A stretch of DNA of 64,000 nt, taken from IMG/VR virus record IMGVR_UViG_3300042520_001624, positions 7,485 to 71,484 of that record; one strand, 5' to 3'. Origin of the DNA: a virus. How positions within the stretch are numbered: the stretch's first letter is position 1; every line of letters begins with the position of its first letter. Below are positions 48,037-57,251 of this stretch, in pieces. Both the position numbers and the translations under genes were made by a program. Below the pieces are notes generated by a model, which did not search any database, was not told where the DNA came from, and was given only the letters and a program-made list of their open reading frames with translations.

Positions 48037-48948
48037 TCAGAACGGAACGTCGTCGCTGTCCAGTTCCTCCTGCAGGGACTTGGCACGTCCCGCGGGCTTC
48101 TTGGGCGTCTTGGGAGCATTGGCGGCTGCCTCTGCTGCCTGCACAATACGCTCGAACGGCTCAAGGGCAGCCATCACTTCGTCCCGGGTCTTGGTCCGGG
48201 TGAAGATCTGGAGGTTGTGGCGAGCCTCCAGCAGCTTGGCCTGCTCCGCAGGGTCGGAGTGGATCGGACCCACGTCGGGGACTGCCATCTGGAGCTTACG
48301 CCCCCCAACATCCACCAACTGGAGGTTGCTGGCAAGCTCTACCTTGTAGTTCGTGTCCAGACCTTCGCCGGTCTTGGTCAGGGAGATCTCACAGCCCTCG
48401 TCCGCGTCGAAAAACGGGACAGAGCCATTGGTCTGGGCTTCCTGCATCAACTTCAGGAAGTTCCCGATCTCGGTCTTGTGAGTGCCGCGCCAAACGCCAC
48501 GGCTGAACTCAAGGATGCGTACGCCCTGTAGGTCCTCGGGAACGGGCACGGCGCTCTCCCCATCGGTCCAGGACGTAAAGACAACGTTCATGCGGATGAT
48601 TGTCTTGGCACGCCACTGCTTGCCGTCGCGCTCACGCCCTGCGGCGATCATGCGCTCTGCAAGCTTCTGGCCGGGGTCTGTGTACCCCATGTCCAGATAG
48701 GAGGCGACTGCCTTGGTTGCTGCGTCGTACAGGAAGTGTTCCTCCGTACGGACCCACGGAAGACCGCGCATGTCGTCGGTCGGGGGGAGTACGCGCAAAC
48801 GAACGGTGCCTTGGGGTAGCTTGGACTGCCGGACGATGATGTCCCGGAGCTTGGGACCGTCCTTGAAGGACTTCTTTCCGGAAGCTGCGGCAAGCTCCGC
48901 GTCGAGTGCGGTGGTGTCGATCTTGCCCTTGTTTACGATCTTTGCCAT
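48037..48948 (-). CDS. Single-stranded DNA-binding protein (T4 gp32-like)
   Basis: RLRVLPP...PW...H, FFDADEGCEISLTKTG...TNY and acidic DDVPF C-terminus. Confidence 0.8.
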   Translation of the reverse strand: MAKIVNKGKIDTTALDAELAAASGKKSFKDGPKLRDIIVRQSKLPQGTVRLRVLPPTDDMRGLPWVRTEEHFLYDAATKAVASYLDMGYTDPGQKLAERMIAAGRERDGKQWRAKTIIRMNVVFTSWTDGESAVPVPEDLQGVRILEFSRGVWRGTHKTEIGNFLKLMQEAQTNGSVPFFDADEGCEISLTKTGEGLDTNYKVELASNLQLVDVGGRKLQMAVPDVGPIHSDPAEQAKLLEARHNLQIFTRTKTRDEVMAALEPFERIVQAAEAAANAPKTPKKPAGRAKSLQEELDSDDVPF

Positions 48949-48988
48949 GATGATTCGTGTCTCCAAAAGTGGGCTTTCCGCCCTATGA

Positions 48989-49013
48989 TCTGACAAGAAC
49001 AACTCTTGTCAGA
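48989..49013. promoter_or_regulatory. Perfect 10-bp inverted repeat upstream of the SSB gene
   Basis: TCTGACAAGA-ACAAC-TCTTGTCAGA. Confidence 0.45.
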
Positions 49014-49149
49014 AGCTCATGCACAACCGCAGTCCTACCCAGAAGCAGGAGTCGTGCGGGCTTTGCGTTAGGTCGTTGTCGCGTCCGTACAGATCTACTT
49101 CAAAGTACGACCAGCGTTTACCGAACAGCCTGTACTCAACCTCGGACAT
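49009..49149 (-). CDS. GxRL microprotein locus 3 (1 ORF, not in track)
   Basis: MSEVEYRLFGKRWSYFEVDLYGRDNDLTQSPHDSCFWVGLRLCMSF. Confidence 0.65.
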   Translation of the reverse strand: MSEVEYRLFGKRWSYFEVDLYGRDNDLTQSPHDSCFWVGLRLCMSF

Positions 49150-49537
49150 GGTCGACGCCTGCGCGGACCTGCATCCGATGGTTGGACCCCAGCTGAATGA
49201 GTGCGTCTTTCTTGGCTCGGAGGGACTCTACCAGAGCGCGCATCTTGCGGGCGTTGCCTTCCGCTTCGATGTGCTTGGCGACGTAGCGACGGTACTCCGG
49301 GTCCAGCTCTACCTCTGCGGAGAGGAGGGCTTCGGTGGCCTTGTCCTTGCGGGACATCTCCTTGAGAACCTTGTAGGTCCGTGCGTGAGCTTGCTCCATG
49401 TCGGCCTTGGCCGTCAGAGCTAGCTGGTACGCATCTGCTTCGAGGCTGCCGTAATGCCAGAGTAGCGTGGGCAGTCCTACCAGATCGTTGTCGATGTCTT
49501 CGCTGATGGCTACGTGATTCTTGATCTTGTCTTCCAT
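49136..49537 (-). CDS. UvsY-like recombination mediator
   Basis: 133-aa helical protein with KATEA...DPEY...KKDALIQLG; near the SSB gene. Confidence 0.6.
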   Translation of the reverse strand: MEDKIKNHVAISEDIDNDLVGLPTLLWHYGSLEADAYQLALTAKADMEQAHARTYKVLKEMSRKDKATEALLSAEVELDPEYRRYVAKHIEAEGNARKMRALVESLRAKKDALIQLGSNHRMQVRAGVDHVRG

Positions 49538-49558
49538 GATGCGGTGCTCCTGATGCGC

Positions 49559-50475
49559 TTACGCGCGCTGTGCACAAGGAGAAGATAGCAACTCGCTACC
49601 GGCCTTGTCAAGCCCATTGTCATTGTGTGTCACTGCCAGCCGAAACGAACCTTGGCGTGTGTAGTCTCGGTCGGGCATTGGGTAGTCTCCCAGCAAGAAG
49701 TATTTTCCGCTGGCGATGTACCCGTTAGTGTAGGTTACGATCATACGTCACCGACAGTCGTAAGCCTATCGCCCCGTGAGATCCTGAAAGTTCTCTGAAA
49801 GCGAACAGATGCCCTGTGAGCACGCAAGAGCTGCTGTGCGTTCCTTCTACTGCCCAGCCAAAGCTTGCGTAGGTTACTATGGGCGGGTTTGGTCTGTACT
49901 TATGCATACGTCATTTTCAGACGAAACCCCATACGGTCTGTCCTAACTGTAATTCTGTAATGCCACTTCAGACAGTTAAAGTCTGTGGCCCTAGAAAGAG
50001 CTGAATTCTCCATGTCGTAGAAGCAGGGGGCCACAGTCTCTACTTGAGCTTCGTCATGCATACGTCATCTCCAGCCTAAACCCCATCTGATTGCGTTCAG
50101 TATGGTCTTTAAACTTCCAAGACCAGTCGCCGTCTTGTGCTTCTGACAAAACAGCTGTGGCCTGTTCGCGCCAGCTGGGAGACACAGTCTGTACCCAAGC
50201 AGCCTTCACTTGATCTTCGTCATGCATACGTCATTTCCAGTCGCAAAGATCCGTACTTTGGCTGGAGGTCGCGTTTCGCAATAAAACTATCCAGCAGCAA
50301 GCTTGTGTTTAGCGAGTGAAAGCTGTAACTCCAGATTACCATGTGTTTATGGCGCATAAAACACTCCCAGTCGGAACGAGCCATTGTTGCCATGCTCGTC
50401 CCCAGGAAACTGCCAGCTTTGAAAGTGCGACACTTCTGGATACGTCAGTGCGTTACCACGTGAAAGCACTCTCAT
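49559..50475 (-). CDS. GxRL microprotein locus 4 (6 ORFs)
   Basis: 50475-50347 (SFRLGVFYAP), 50357-50220 (SLRLEMTYA), 50227-50054 (GFRLEMTYA), 50061-49900 (GFRLKMTYA), 49907-49725 (GLRLSVTY), 49744-49559 (SFRLAVTH). Confidence 0.75.
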
Positions 50476-50480
50476 GTAAG

Positions 50481-53237
50481 CTACTTTACCTTTTGCATGT
50501 TTCCCCATGAGGGACCTCTCTTTGCATCCGCAGTCAGCGGAGTGTTACCGAACAGGGGCTGCGTCATTGCAGTCTTGAGAAACTGAACAGTCTTCTCGAC
50601 GTCTTCAGTTCGGACCATGACCATGATTGAGTCGTAGACCTGCAGGATGAGCTTGCCGCCGTCTGTATTGGCACGCAGCCAGAGCACAGTCTCCCAGAGG
50701 TGGGAAGCAATGACGTCTACGGAGCTGCCCTGCACAGGCCCGTTGTACGTACTACGCGCTGCGTTAAGGTCGTAACGCTTTCTGTTCTCTCTGTCTTTCT
50801 TGATACCTTTCTCAAGATCAGACAAGGTAGAAGGGTTACGGCCAAGACCCCAGAGAGGTCTACGTCGAGCAGACTCCCCCTTCCAGCTAGTCCGAGAGTA
50901 ACCTGCAGACCAAGCTGCAGAGTACTGCTCTTCCATCCAAGCCCGGAGTCGGGTGTAGGTTTGGAACATGGAGACAGCGAGGGCCTCACCGTCTTTGTTG
51001 GGGATGCCCAAGCGACCTGCAAGCATTCCTCCGAGCTCGGAAGGTATTTCGTAGATCGCTGCGAAGTTACTGGTCTTAGCGTTCTCTCTGTCGAGGTCTG
51101 TAACCTTCTCGGGATCCTTGCCTACGGCTACAGCGAACTTCTTGGCAGAAGCCATGTGGAAGTCTGTGCCTGCTGTAAGCATCTCGTGCATCGCAGGGTC
51201 GCCAGACAGGTGGGCAGCACCCCTGATCTCGATTTGCCCTGCGTCTACTTCTACGATCTCCCATCCGGGGGAACAGCTGAAGCAAGCACGTAGCTTGTCG
51301 GCCAGCTTCTTCTTACGCTCGGTTCTACCCTTGCTCACATTGAACAAGTTAGGATCTTGACTGGAGGCTCGGCCGCTCTCAGTCCCGTCTGCAAGGTAGC
51401 TGGGATGTACGTAGCCGTCGGACCGGACAAAGTGCCCGTAGCCAATGGCGTATGTCCCAAGCTGCTTGGTAAGCTCCCGATGCTGTAGAATGAGATCTAC
51501 AATTGGATGCTTCTTCTTGAAGTCTTCCAGAGCATCGTCAGAGTAAGAAGGCTTACCGCTGGATGTCTTCTTCTTGGGGACAATGCCAAGAGTAGACAGG
51601 TAAGCACCTACCTGCGGAGAAGATCCGGGATTGAGTCCGGGCTTGTACCCGTCGATCTTGGCCTGTACCTGCTTGAGCTCTGTCTCAAGGTACTGTGCGA
51701 ACAGCTGGAGGCCCCCCTTGTCGAGGGGCATGCCGTTCATGCGCATCTCGCAGTAAGCCCACATAGCGGGCTTGGAGACTTCCTCCCAGAGCAGGCACAT
51801 GCCGGGATCAAGGATCAGGCGGGAGTTGCACCAGTCTTCCAGATGCCATGTGGTAAAGGCGTCTCGGGCACAGTACCTCCAGAGAATGTCCTTGGGCATG
51901 AAGCGGTATGCAAACTTCTCCTCGTCGAAACCTGCATCGAGATACTCGAACCACTTGTTCCAAGTGGCTGTGTCCAGAGCAGCTGGCTGAATGTAGGTAA
52001 GAGTCGGAGGCTTACGTGTCTTGCCAGTGGGTGTCGTCTGGAAAGACATGCGGTACTTGCGGAGCTCATCGCAGATAGCTGCGAGTACTGTGTGAGCTTC
52101 CTGCTTGTGTCCGCCCATACCGATGAGGTTGGCGGAGGTACCGAGGTCTGCAGCTGCGTCTGCCTCCAGCAGCTTACGCTTGATGCGGGCGTCTGACTGC
52201 AGGTTCATACTGCCGTGCTCTGTTTTGTATAGAGCAGAGCGGGAGCCAGCACCTACACGGGCATCGTGGTACCCGTAGCCGTACCTTGCTTCTGGGTCAC
52301 ACTGGAAGGCAGTGTAGTCGTACTGCCCATTCCAAGATGTCTGCGGCAGAGATAGAATCTGCTGCATGTAGGGATGGGGCATGTCTGGGGGGATGTCGTA
52401 GTCATCCCCCTGGTATGCAAACCAGTACTCACGGGGCCAGACCCATACATGGTCTTCTGTGGAGGTAGCCACGCACTCAATGCGGAAGTCATCCTCGAAC
52501 ATCATCCCGGAGGTCTCAACGTCCGTGGCGATGTAAGGTGCCTTGCGGCACTCTAGGAGGGCATTGCGGGCAGCCTCCAGCGTGGTGACGACGGTGTACT
52601 GGGCGTCGAGCAATCGGGCACTGGGCGGGCTCTGGAGGGCTGTAGCGATGTCCTGCTCCAGAGCCATGCGGATGAGGCGGTTGGAGAGGGCGTAGCTGGG
52701 ATCTGGCAGGAAAAAGACAGGCTTGGGACCATCGTTGTAGAACCAGCCGTAGCCAGTACGTACAGACAGAGCCCTGTACGTCTCCCCAAGGACAGACAGA
52801 CCCGCAAGAGGACCTACGAGGAAGATGACCTTGGCATCGGAATCTACAATGTCCTGATGCATGTAAGGTCTACACGCATCTACACATGCAGGGATGTCCT
52901 GATCTGGAACCAGCTCCCCGTCGGGCTTACGCTTGAAGGTAGGCTTGCAGCCCAGCGATAGCGAGTAGACTACGTCCCTGCCCGGAGCCACAGACTCGAA
53001 GATGGCTCGGAGGGACTGGCCTGCGTTGTCCGCAAGGGGGCGCCCAAGTCTGCGCTCGAACTCTCCGGGGTACTCACCGACAACCAAGATGTCTCCGGGG
53101 GTTCCCTCGGGGGAGATACAGCGCTGTCCTGCTGGCGTTAGCGTGTGTAGCTCGCAACGGGTACAAGCACTGGAGCGTTCGAGGGGCTGAACTGTCTGAA
53201 CGACGGGGAGTCGCTTGCCGGGAAACAGGGGGAGCAC
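50481..53237 (-). CDS. polA: Family A DNA polymerase with N-terminal family-4 uracil-DNA glycosylase-like domain (SPO1-type)
   Basis: CTRCELH...GEYPG (UDG4), DVET exonuclease I, YCARD, SGRASSQDPNL, DAGQIEIR, RENAKTSNF and QVYDS. Confidence 0.9.
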   Translation of the reverse strand: MLPLFPGKRLPVVQTVQPLERSSACTRCELHTLTPAGQRCISPEGTPGDILVVGEYPGEFERRLGRPLADNAGQSLRAIFESVAPGRDVVYSLSLGCKPTFKRKPDGELVPDQDIPACVDACRPYMHQDIVDSDAKVIFLVGPLAGLSVLGETYRALSVRTGYGWFYNDGPKPVFFLPDPSYALSNRLIRMALEQDIATALQSPPSARLLDAQYTVVTTLEAARNALLECRKAPYIATDVETSGMMFEDDFRIECVATSTEDHVWVWPREYWFAYQGDDYDIPPDMPHPYMQQILSLPQTSWNGQYDYTAFQCDPEARYGYGYHDARVGAGSRSALYKTEHGSMNLQSDARIKRKLLEADAAADLGTSANLIGMGGHKQEAHTVLAAICDELRKYRMSFQTTPTGKTRKPPTLTYIQPAALDTATWNKWFEYLDAGFDEEKFAYRFMPKDILWRYCARDAFTTWHLEDWCNSRLILDPGMCLLWEEVSKPAMWAYCEMRMNGMPLDKGGLQLFAQYLETELKQVQAKIDGYKPGLNPGSSPQVGAYLSTLGIVPKKKTSSGKPSYSDDALEDFKKKHPIVDLILQHRELTKQLGTYAIGYGHFVRSDGYVHPSYLADGTESGRASSQDPNLFNVSKGRTERKKKLADKLRACFSCSPGWEIVEVDAGQIEIRGAAHLSGDPAMHEMLTAGTDFHMASAKKFAVAVGKDPEKVTDLDRENAKTSNFAAIYEIPSELGGMLAGRLGIPNKDGEALAVSMFQTYTRLRAWMEEQYSAAWSAGYSRTSWKGESARRRPLWGLGRNPSTLSDLEKGIKKDRENRKRYDLNAARSTYNGPVQGSSVDVIASHLWETVLWLRANTDGGKLILQVYDSIMVMVRTEDVEKTVQFLKTAMTQPLFGNTPLTADAKRGPSWGNMQKVK

Positions 53238-53246
53238 TTGAACCTC

Positions 53247-53881
53247 TTAGCGGGTTTGAGTGGTGAGTCTGAGTCCGAAGATGGTGGTTCGGGCTTGAGG
53301 ACGACTGATTGTGCCGAAACGTATAGCGTGTACAAACAGTATTGTTTCGTCGTCCCAAGACGCATTGGCAGCGTACATTACACTACGCATAGTCTTATCC
53401 CGAAGTACTTTGTTGTTGCCGACTGCGGAAAAGGTTCGCCGCTAAGAAAACAGGACTCGTCTTCATACGCAGTAAAGACTGCCAGTCGGGCTCTTAGTGC
53501 AGACATAGTCGCAGTCCCATGTAGCGAAGACGTCGCGTTTTCGGCTCTATGCCAAAGGACATTTCGCCGTTGAGCAGCAACCAGCGCGTATCGCAGTCTC
53601 CTACAAACGAGTGTCGGAAATACAGACTCACTTGGCACCTACGCACAGCCGGAAAGACATGCGGTAGCGGTATACACTCTTTTCAAAGTCTGTTTCTCCG
53701 TTTGCAAAGTGTGTTGTTCCGTAGGAAAACCCGAAGATGTGTACCATGTAGCGATCCTCAGCGAGAATCTCGGGTTCTGGTCTGTTAGCTGGGCTGTCCA
53801 TGGATAGGGCCTGTGTTTGAGAAGGGAGAAGTAGTCGTTCCAAGATCCGCCCAGAATCTTCTGAACTCGGAAAGTCTGCAT
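53247..53881 (-). CDS. GxRL microprotein locus 5 (5 ORFs)
   Basis: 53881-53639 (ILGGSWND...SLRIAT), 53747-53628 (SFRLCVGAK), 53631-53494 (GLRLCLH), 53506-53378 (GIRLCVV), 53390-53247 (ASWDD...GLRLTT). Confidence 0.75.
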
Positions 53882-53888
53882 GTGTATA

Positions 53889-53912
53889 GGGTGGGGCTGC
53901 AAAGCCCCACCC
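53889..53912. promoter_or_regulatory. 9-bp hairpin at the head of microprotein locus 5
   Basis: GGGTGGGGC-TGCAAA-GCCCCACCC, next to an AT-richer promoter-like stretch at 53915-53945. Confidence 0.45.
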
Positions 53913-53963
53913 GCAACACACTATGTATTTATGCAGAGTCGCAAGGAAGTTTCCGGGAGATAG

Positions 53964-54944
53964 CTACTTGTCGAGGAGCTTGGTCTTGGCTGCGCCAGCA
54001 TACAGCTTCATCGTGGACTGTCGGGTGATCTTGTAGATCTCTTCGGGAGTGACGTTGAGCGCCGGGTGCTTCCCGATCATGGAGACGAGCAGGTCTTCGA
54101 CCATCTGGGCGCTGACACCCTGCTCTGTCTTGAGATGCGTACAGGCGTGCTTGACTGCCAGACCGAGCATGGGCTTGGGTTCCCCCGCCAGGGCTTCCAG
54201 CACGCTGTTGGCTGCCTCGGAGGGAGCGTTAGCGACCGGAGAGGCTACAGGTGCGTTCACGGGCACTGCAGGGGCTGCTACGGGCTCCTGCGGAGCCTCT
54301 GCCTTCTTCCCGGACATGGCAGCCCGGAAAAGCTCCTTGGCTTCCTCGGGTTCTACGTTCAGGACTTCTGCCAGTCGGAAGGCCAGAGTATTGGACCCCC
54401 TAAGCTTGTCGGGCTCTGCCAGCTTCTTGATGGCTCCCGCATGGTCCTTCCAGACCTTCAGAGCATCCTGCATGGTCTTGATCTTCTTACAGTCTTCTTC
54501 AAAGAGGAAGAGGACGTCGTTGACCAGCTTGGGGCTGTCGACTTCCGGAGCGACGTGGACCTTGGGGGGTGCAACCGCGGGAGGAGCCACTACGACCGGA
54601 GGGGGCTCGGGGGCTGCAACTTCCTGAACGACCGGAGCGTACGTGACGATGTTCTCCGGCTTGAACAGGGGTACCTGTCGCTCGTCGGTCTGCTGCAGGA
54701 GTTCCTTCTTGAAGGCTTCCGCAATGTTCTGCGGGTTCACGCTGGGGTTGATGGTGACGGTCAGGTCTTGGGGTGCTGCTCGGTAGTTGAACTTCCGGAT
54801 GTAGTCGAAGAGTTCTGTGTACTCTTCGTAGCTGTCGACGACCACTTCGATGCTGACCGTCTTCTTCGGGTCGTGGCCGTCGTGGTGGGTTCGGTACTCG
54901 CTGAAATCAACGTTGAGATCTCGGATGGTCATGGTCTCGCTCAC
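53964..54944 (-). CDS. Hypothetical protein with Pro/Ala-rich linkers
   Basis: 326-aa ORF with typical codon usage. Confidence 0.65.
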   Translation of the reverse strand: MSETMTIRDLNVDFSEYRTHHDGHDPKKTVSIEVVVDSYEEYTELFDYIRKFNYRAAPQDLTVTINPSVNPQNIAEAFKKELLQQTDERQVPLFKPENIVTYAPVVQEVAAPEPPPVVVAPPAVAPPKVHVAPEVDSPKLVNDVLFLFEEDCKKIKTMQDALKVWKDHAGAIKKLAEPDKLRGSNTLAFRLAEVLNVEPEEAKELFRAAMSGKKAEAPQEPVAAPAVPVNAPVASPVANAPSEAANSVLEALAGEPKPMLGLAVKHACTHLKTEQGVSAQMVEDLLVSMIGKHPALNVTPEEIYKITRQSTMKLYAGAAKTKLLDK

Positions 54945-55258
54945 TTGGTCTGGGGTGGAAGGTAGATGGAGAGGACAACGCCGGAGGCGTCTACCTGGGT
55001 CACTTTGGCGTGCATGTTGTAGCCATGCTGCTTGAGCCGGAAGACTACTTCCTTGAGGATGCTACGAGCCACGTATCCGGCTTGCTCCAGTCCGTGATAG
55101 ACAGCAACTGCAGTGTTGTCGTGCGGGTTGCGAGGCTCGATCTCTAGCGACAGTGTCTTGTTGAGGATCGAGGCGGGGTTGGGGATGTCGTGATGCTTGT
55201 AGCCCGCGAGGGTACAGTCGAACAGCTTGAAATACTCGGGATCGGTTGTGATTGTCAT
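54941..55258 (-). CDS. HIRAN domain protein
   Basis: LAGYKH...LEIEPRNPHDNTAVAV...AGYV motif. Confidence 0.75.
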   Translation of the reverse strand: MTITTDPEYFKLFDCTLAGYKHHDIPNPASILNKTLSLEIEPRNPHDNTAVAVYHGLEQAGYVARSILKEVVFRLKQHGYNMHAKVTQVDASGVVLSIYLPPQTK

Positions 55259-56127
55259 TGTTCTTCTTTCAGAGTGAGGGAGAGTCTTAGGCCAAAGGCT
55301 TTGGAATAGTAAGCTGTGTGGACATAGCTGCTCCAGCCACCGACCAGCGCAGCTACGGGCACTTGCAGGTCCCAAGCATGTCCTGCGGTGTGTTTTACGT
55401 TACCGAAGTACACAGTCTTATGCTCTTGTAGGAGACGCCGTGAGTTGGATATGAACTTCTGAAAGACTGGCTGGGAGGTCGAAAGAAGCCGCGCGTGCTT
55501 TCGTCCCACGCGAACCACAAAGACATTGTTATTGAATGCACAGTCTTAGTCCTACGTATTCGGCGTCCGTCTCAACGAATCGGATACTTACGGCTCGGAG
55601 TGGATTAAAGTCGTCCCACGAAGTCCAAATCATCCGTTTGACATACAACATAGCCGAACTCCCATGCAGTGATACTTTTTAACGACCAGCAGAATGACGG
55701 GCGCGTGCTTTGGTTGCCAGTCGTCGTTCCAAGACGTGTTTGCGATAGCCGTCGCACTCATTTTAGGCGTTACGAAACGCATAGTCTCAGTCCGAAGTAC
55801 AGGGCTTGGGTGCCTCTAAAGTAAGACCAGTGTACACGGCGATAGGAGGTTACTTGGTCGTCCCAAGAGATCCAAGACTTTACTAGATGATCTTCGTGCA
55901 CAGCCGTACTCCCAGATAGACTCTGTCTGAACTGTCGCTGTAATACCACGTCATGCTAAGGTGCCGATTGTCGTGATCGTCCCAAGAGATCAAAGGTTTG
56001 ACTCTTAGATTGCAGTACACAGTCTTACTCCTCTCCACGGGGCTTTTGTTTGCGCGTAGTTGCATGCTGCGTCTCTGGACGGTAGCCACCCTTCGTCCCA
56101 GCTGCCGAAGAAGTAGTAGCCGTACAT
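55255..56127 (-). CDS. GxRL microprotein locus 6 (7 ORFs)
   Basis: 56127-56005, 56020-55883, 55901-55770, 55782-55630, 55651-55529, 55541-55395 and 55413-55255; all have [S/A]W[D/N] and [G/S][V/L/I]RL[C/S]. Confidence 0.8.
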
Positions 56128-56129
56128 GG

Positions 56130-56990
56130 CTAGGCGAGGCACTTTTGAATCTCTGTTTGTAGCCATGAGGATTCTACGTCGTCTGGATCGAGGGTCGGGG
56201 GGAGTCTCACAAAGCCAGCACGGACTCCGTACAGCTTTAGCTTCATGGACAGGGCTTCGCCTTTTCTCCAGGCGTCTCCGTCCAGAACAACTGCAACAGG
56301 TCTGCGTGCTTCTCGGAGGATCTGAACTTGCGCCTCCGACCAAGTCCCGAGAGTAGCTACTGCATTGGGCCAGACGTACGCTACGTCCAGAGTGCCTTCG
56401 ACAACGAGGAGGGGTTCCTCGGTCTGTATGTACACTTGCTTCTGGTTGTAGAGAATCTCACCGCGGAACATACCGCGTTTGTACATGTAGGTCAGGTTGC
56501 TCTTGCCGAGGGTCCTACCTACATAACCGAGCCATGTTGTATTGTCTGCGTCGAGAACTGGAATGATGATTCTGTTTCTGAAGTCTTGCTCGTCTTCAGA
56601 CAGAGGACGAGAAGTAGAAACACCCATTTGAGTTTGTGCGATTGCGACGGGTTGGATACCGCGCGATCTGGCATACGAGTAGGCGGTGCTAGTGACCGCT
56701 GTAGGGCGTTCTCCGATGGGTACCCACCCTGCGGGCGGATCGAACACGGGGAGGGCTTTCCCGCGGCTCCTAGAGGCCGCTACGGCTGCCTCGTCGGCTT
56801 CCCAGCCATCGAGGTGCCCGAGCTTGTGGCAGCGGAAGCAAAACCACTTACCCGTTGCCCTGTCAAGGGTCAGGTTCTTTTTCTTGGTAGCGTGACCATA
56901 CATGACGCAGAACGGGCAGACAGCTCGCGTGGTCTGAACCCCACGAGTCCCATCCTGCAATGCGGAAACTACCAGACTGTTTTTAGACAT
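56130..56990 (-). CDS. DNA primase (zinc finger plus TOPRIM)
   Basis: CPFC...CFRC, NRIIIP, VGR, VVEGTLD and LDGD; start reassigned to MSKNSL. Confidence 0.85.
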   Translation of the reverse strand: MSKNSLVVSALQDGTRGVQTTRAVCPFCVMYGHATKKKNLTLDRATGKWFCFRCHKLGHLDGWEADEAAVAASRSRGKALPVFDPPAGWVPIGERPTAVTSTAYSYARSRGIQPVAIAQTQMGVSTSRPLSEDEQDFRNRIIIPVLDADNTTWLGYVGRTLGKSNLTYMYKRGMFRGEILYNQKQVYIQTEEPLLVVEGTLDVAYVWPNAVATLGTWSEAQVQILREARRPVAVVLDGDAWRKGEALSMKLKLYGVRAGFVRLPPTLDPDDVESSWLQTEIQKCLA

Positions 56991-57251
56991 GATGTGTGTT
57001 TGTGGACAGTCGAAATCCCCAACCGTTGCGGTGGACGCTCTCGCGGGCATACGACTTTCCAAACGCTGTCATGCTGGACAAAAGCACGCTGGTTTTATTG
57101 AAGTAGCCGCTGCTGGTTAGAACGAAGCGCATAGCCGTACTCCAAAGTTGTAAGCTGTGTACCAGCAATCAAAGCGGTTGAAACTCCGTTTGGAAGCTAT
57201 ACTTAGCCAGTTTCCCTGGAAAACTACTTTACTTCCCGAGATAGGAGACAT
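56983..57251 (-). CDS. GxRL microprotein locus 7 (2 ORFs)
   Basis: 57251-57117 (FQGNW...GVRLCASF); 57132-56983 (GFRLSTN). Confidence 0.7.

Noticed and set aside
53378-53921. ORF-track proteins such as 53378..53638, 53628..53921, 55255..55518, 59176..59631 and 47611..47991 as real full-length genes
   Set aside because: They are upstream read-through extensions of microprotein frames across neighbouring units or the tRNA; internal coupled starts explain them better.
55255-56127. CRISPR array, suggested by periodic motifs every 110-140 bp
   Set aside because: The repeats are only about 8-15 bp and degenerate in a codon-wise way, the spacers are too long and are open reading frames, and no cas genes are present.
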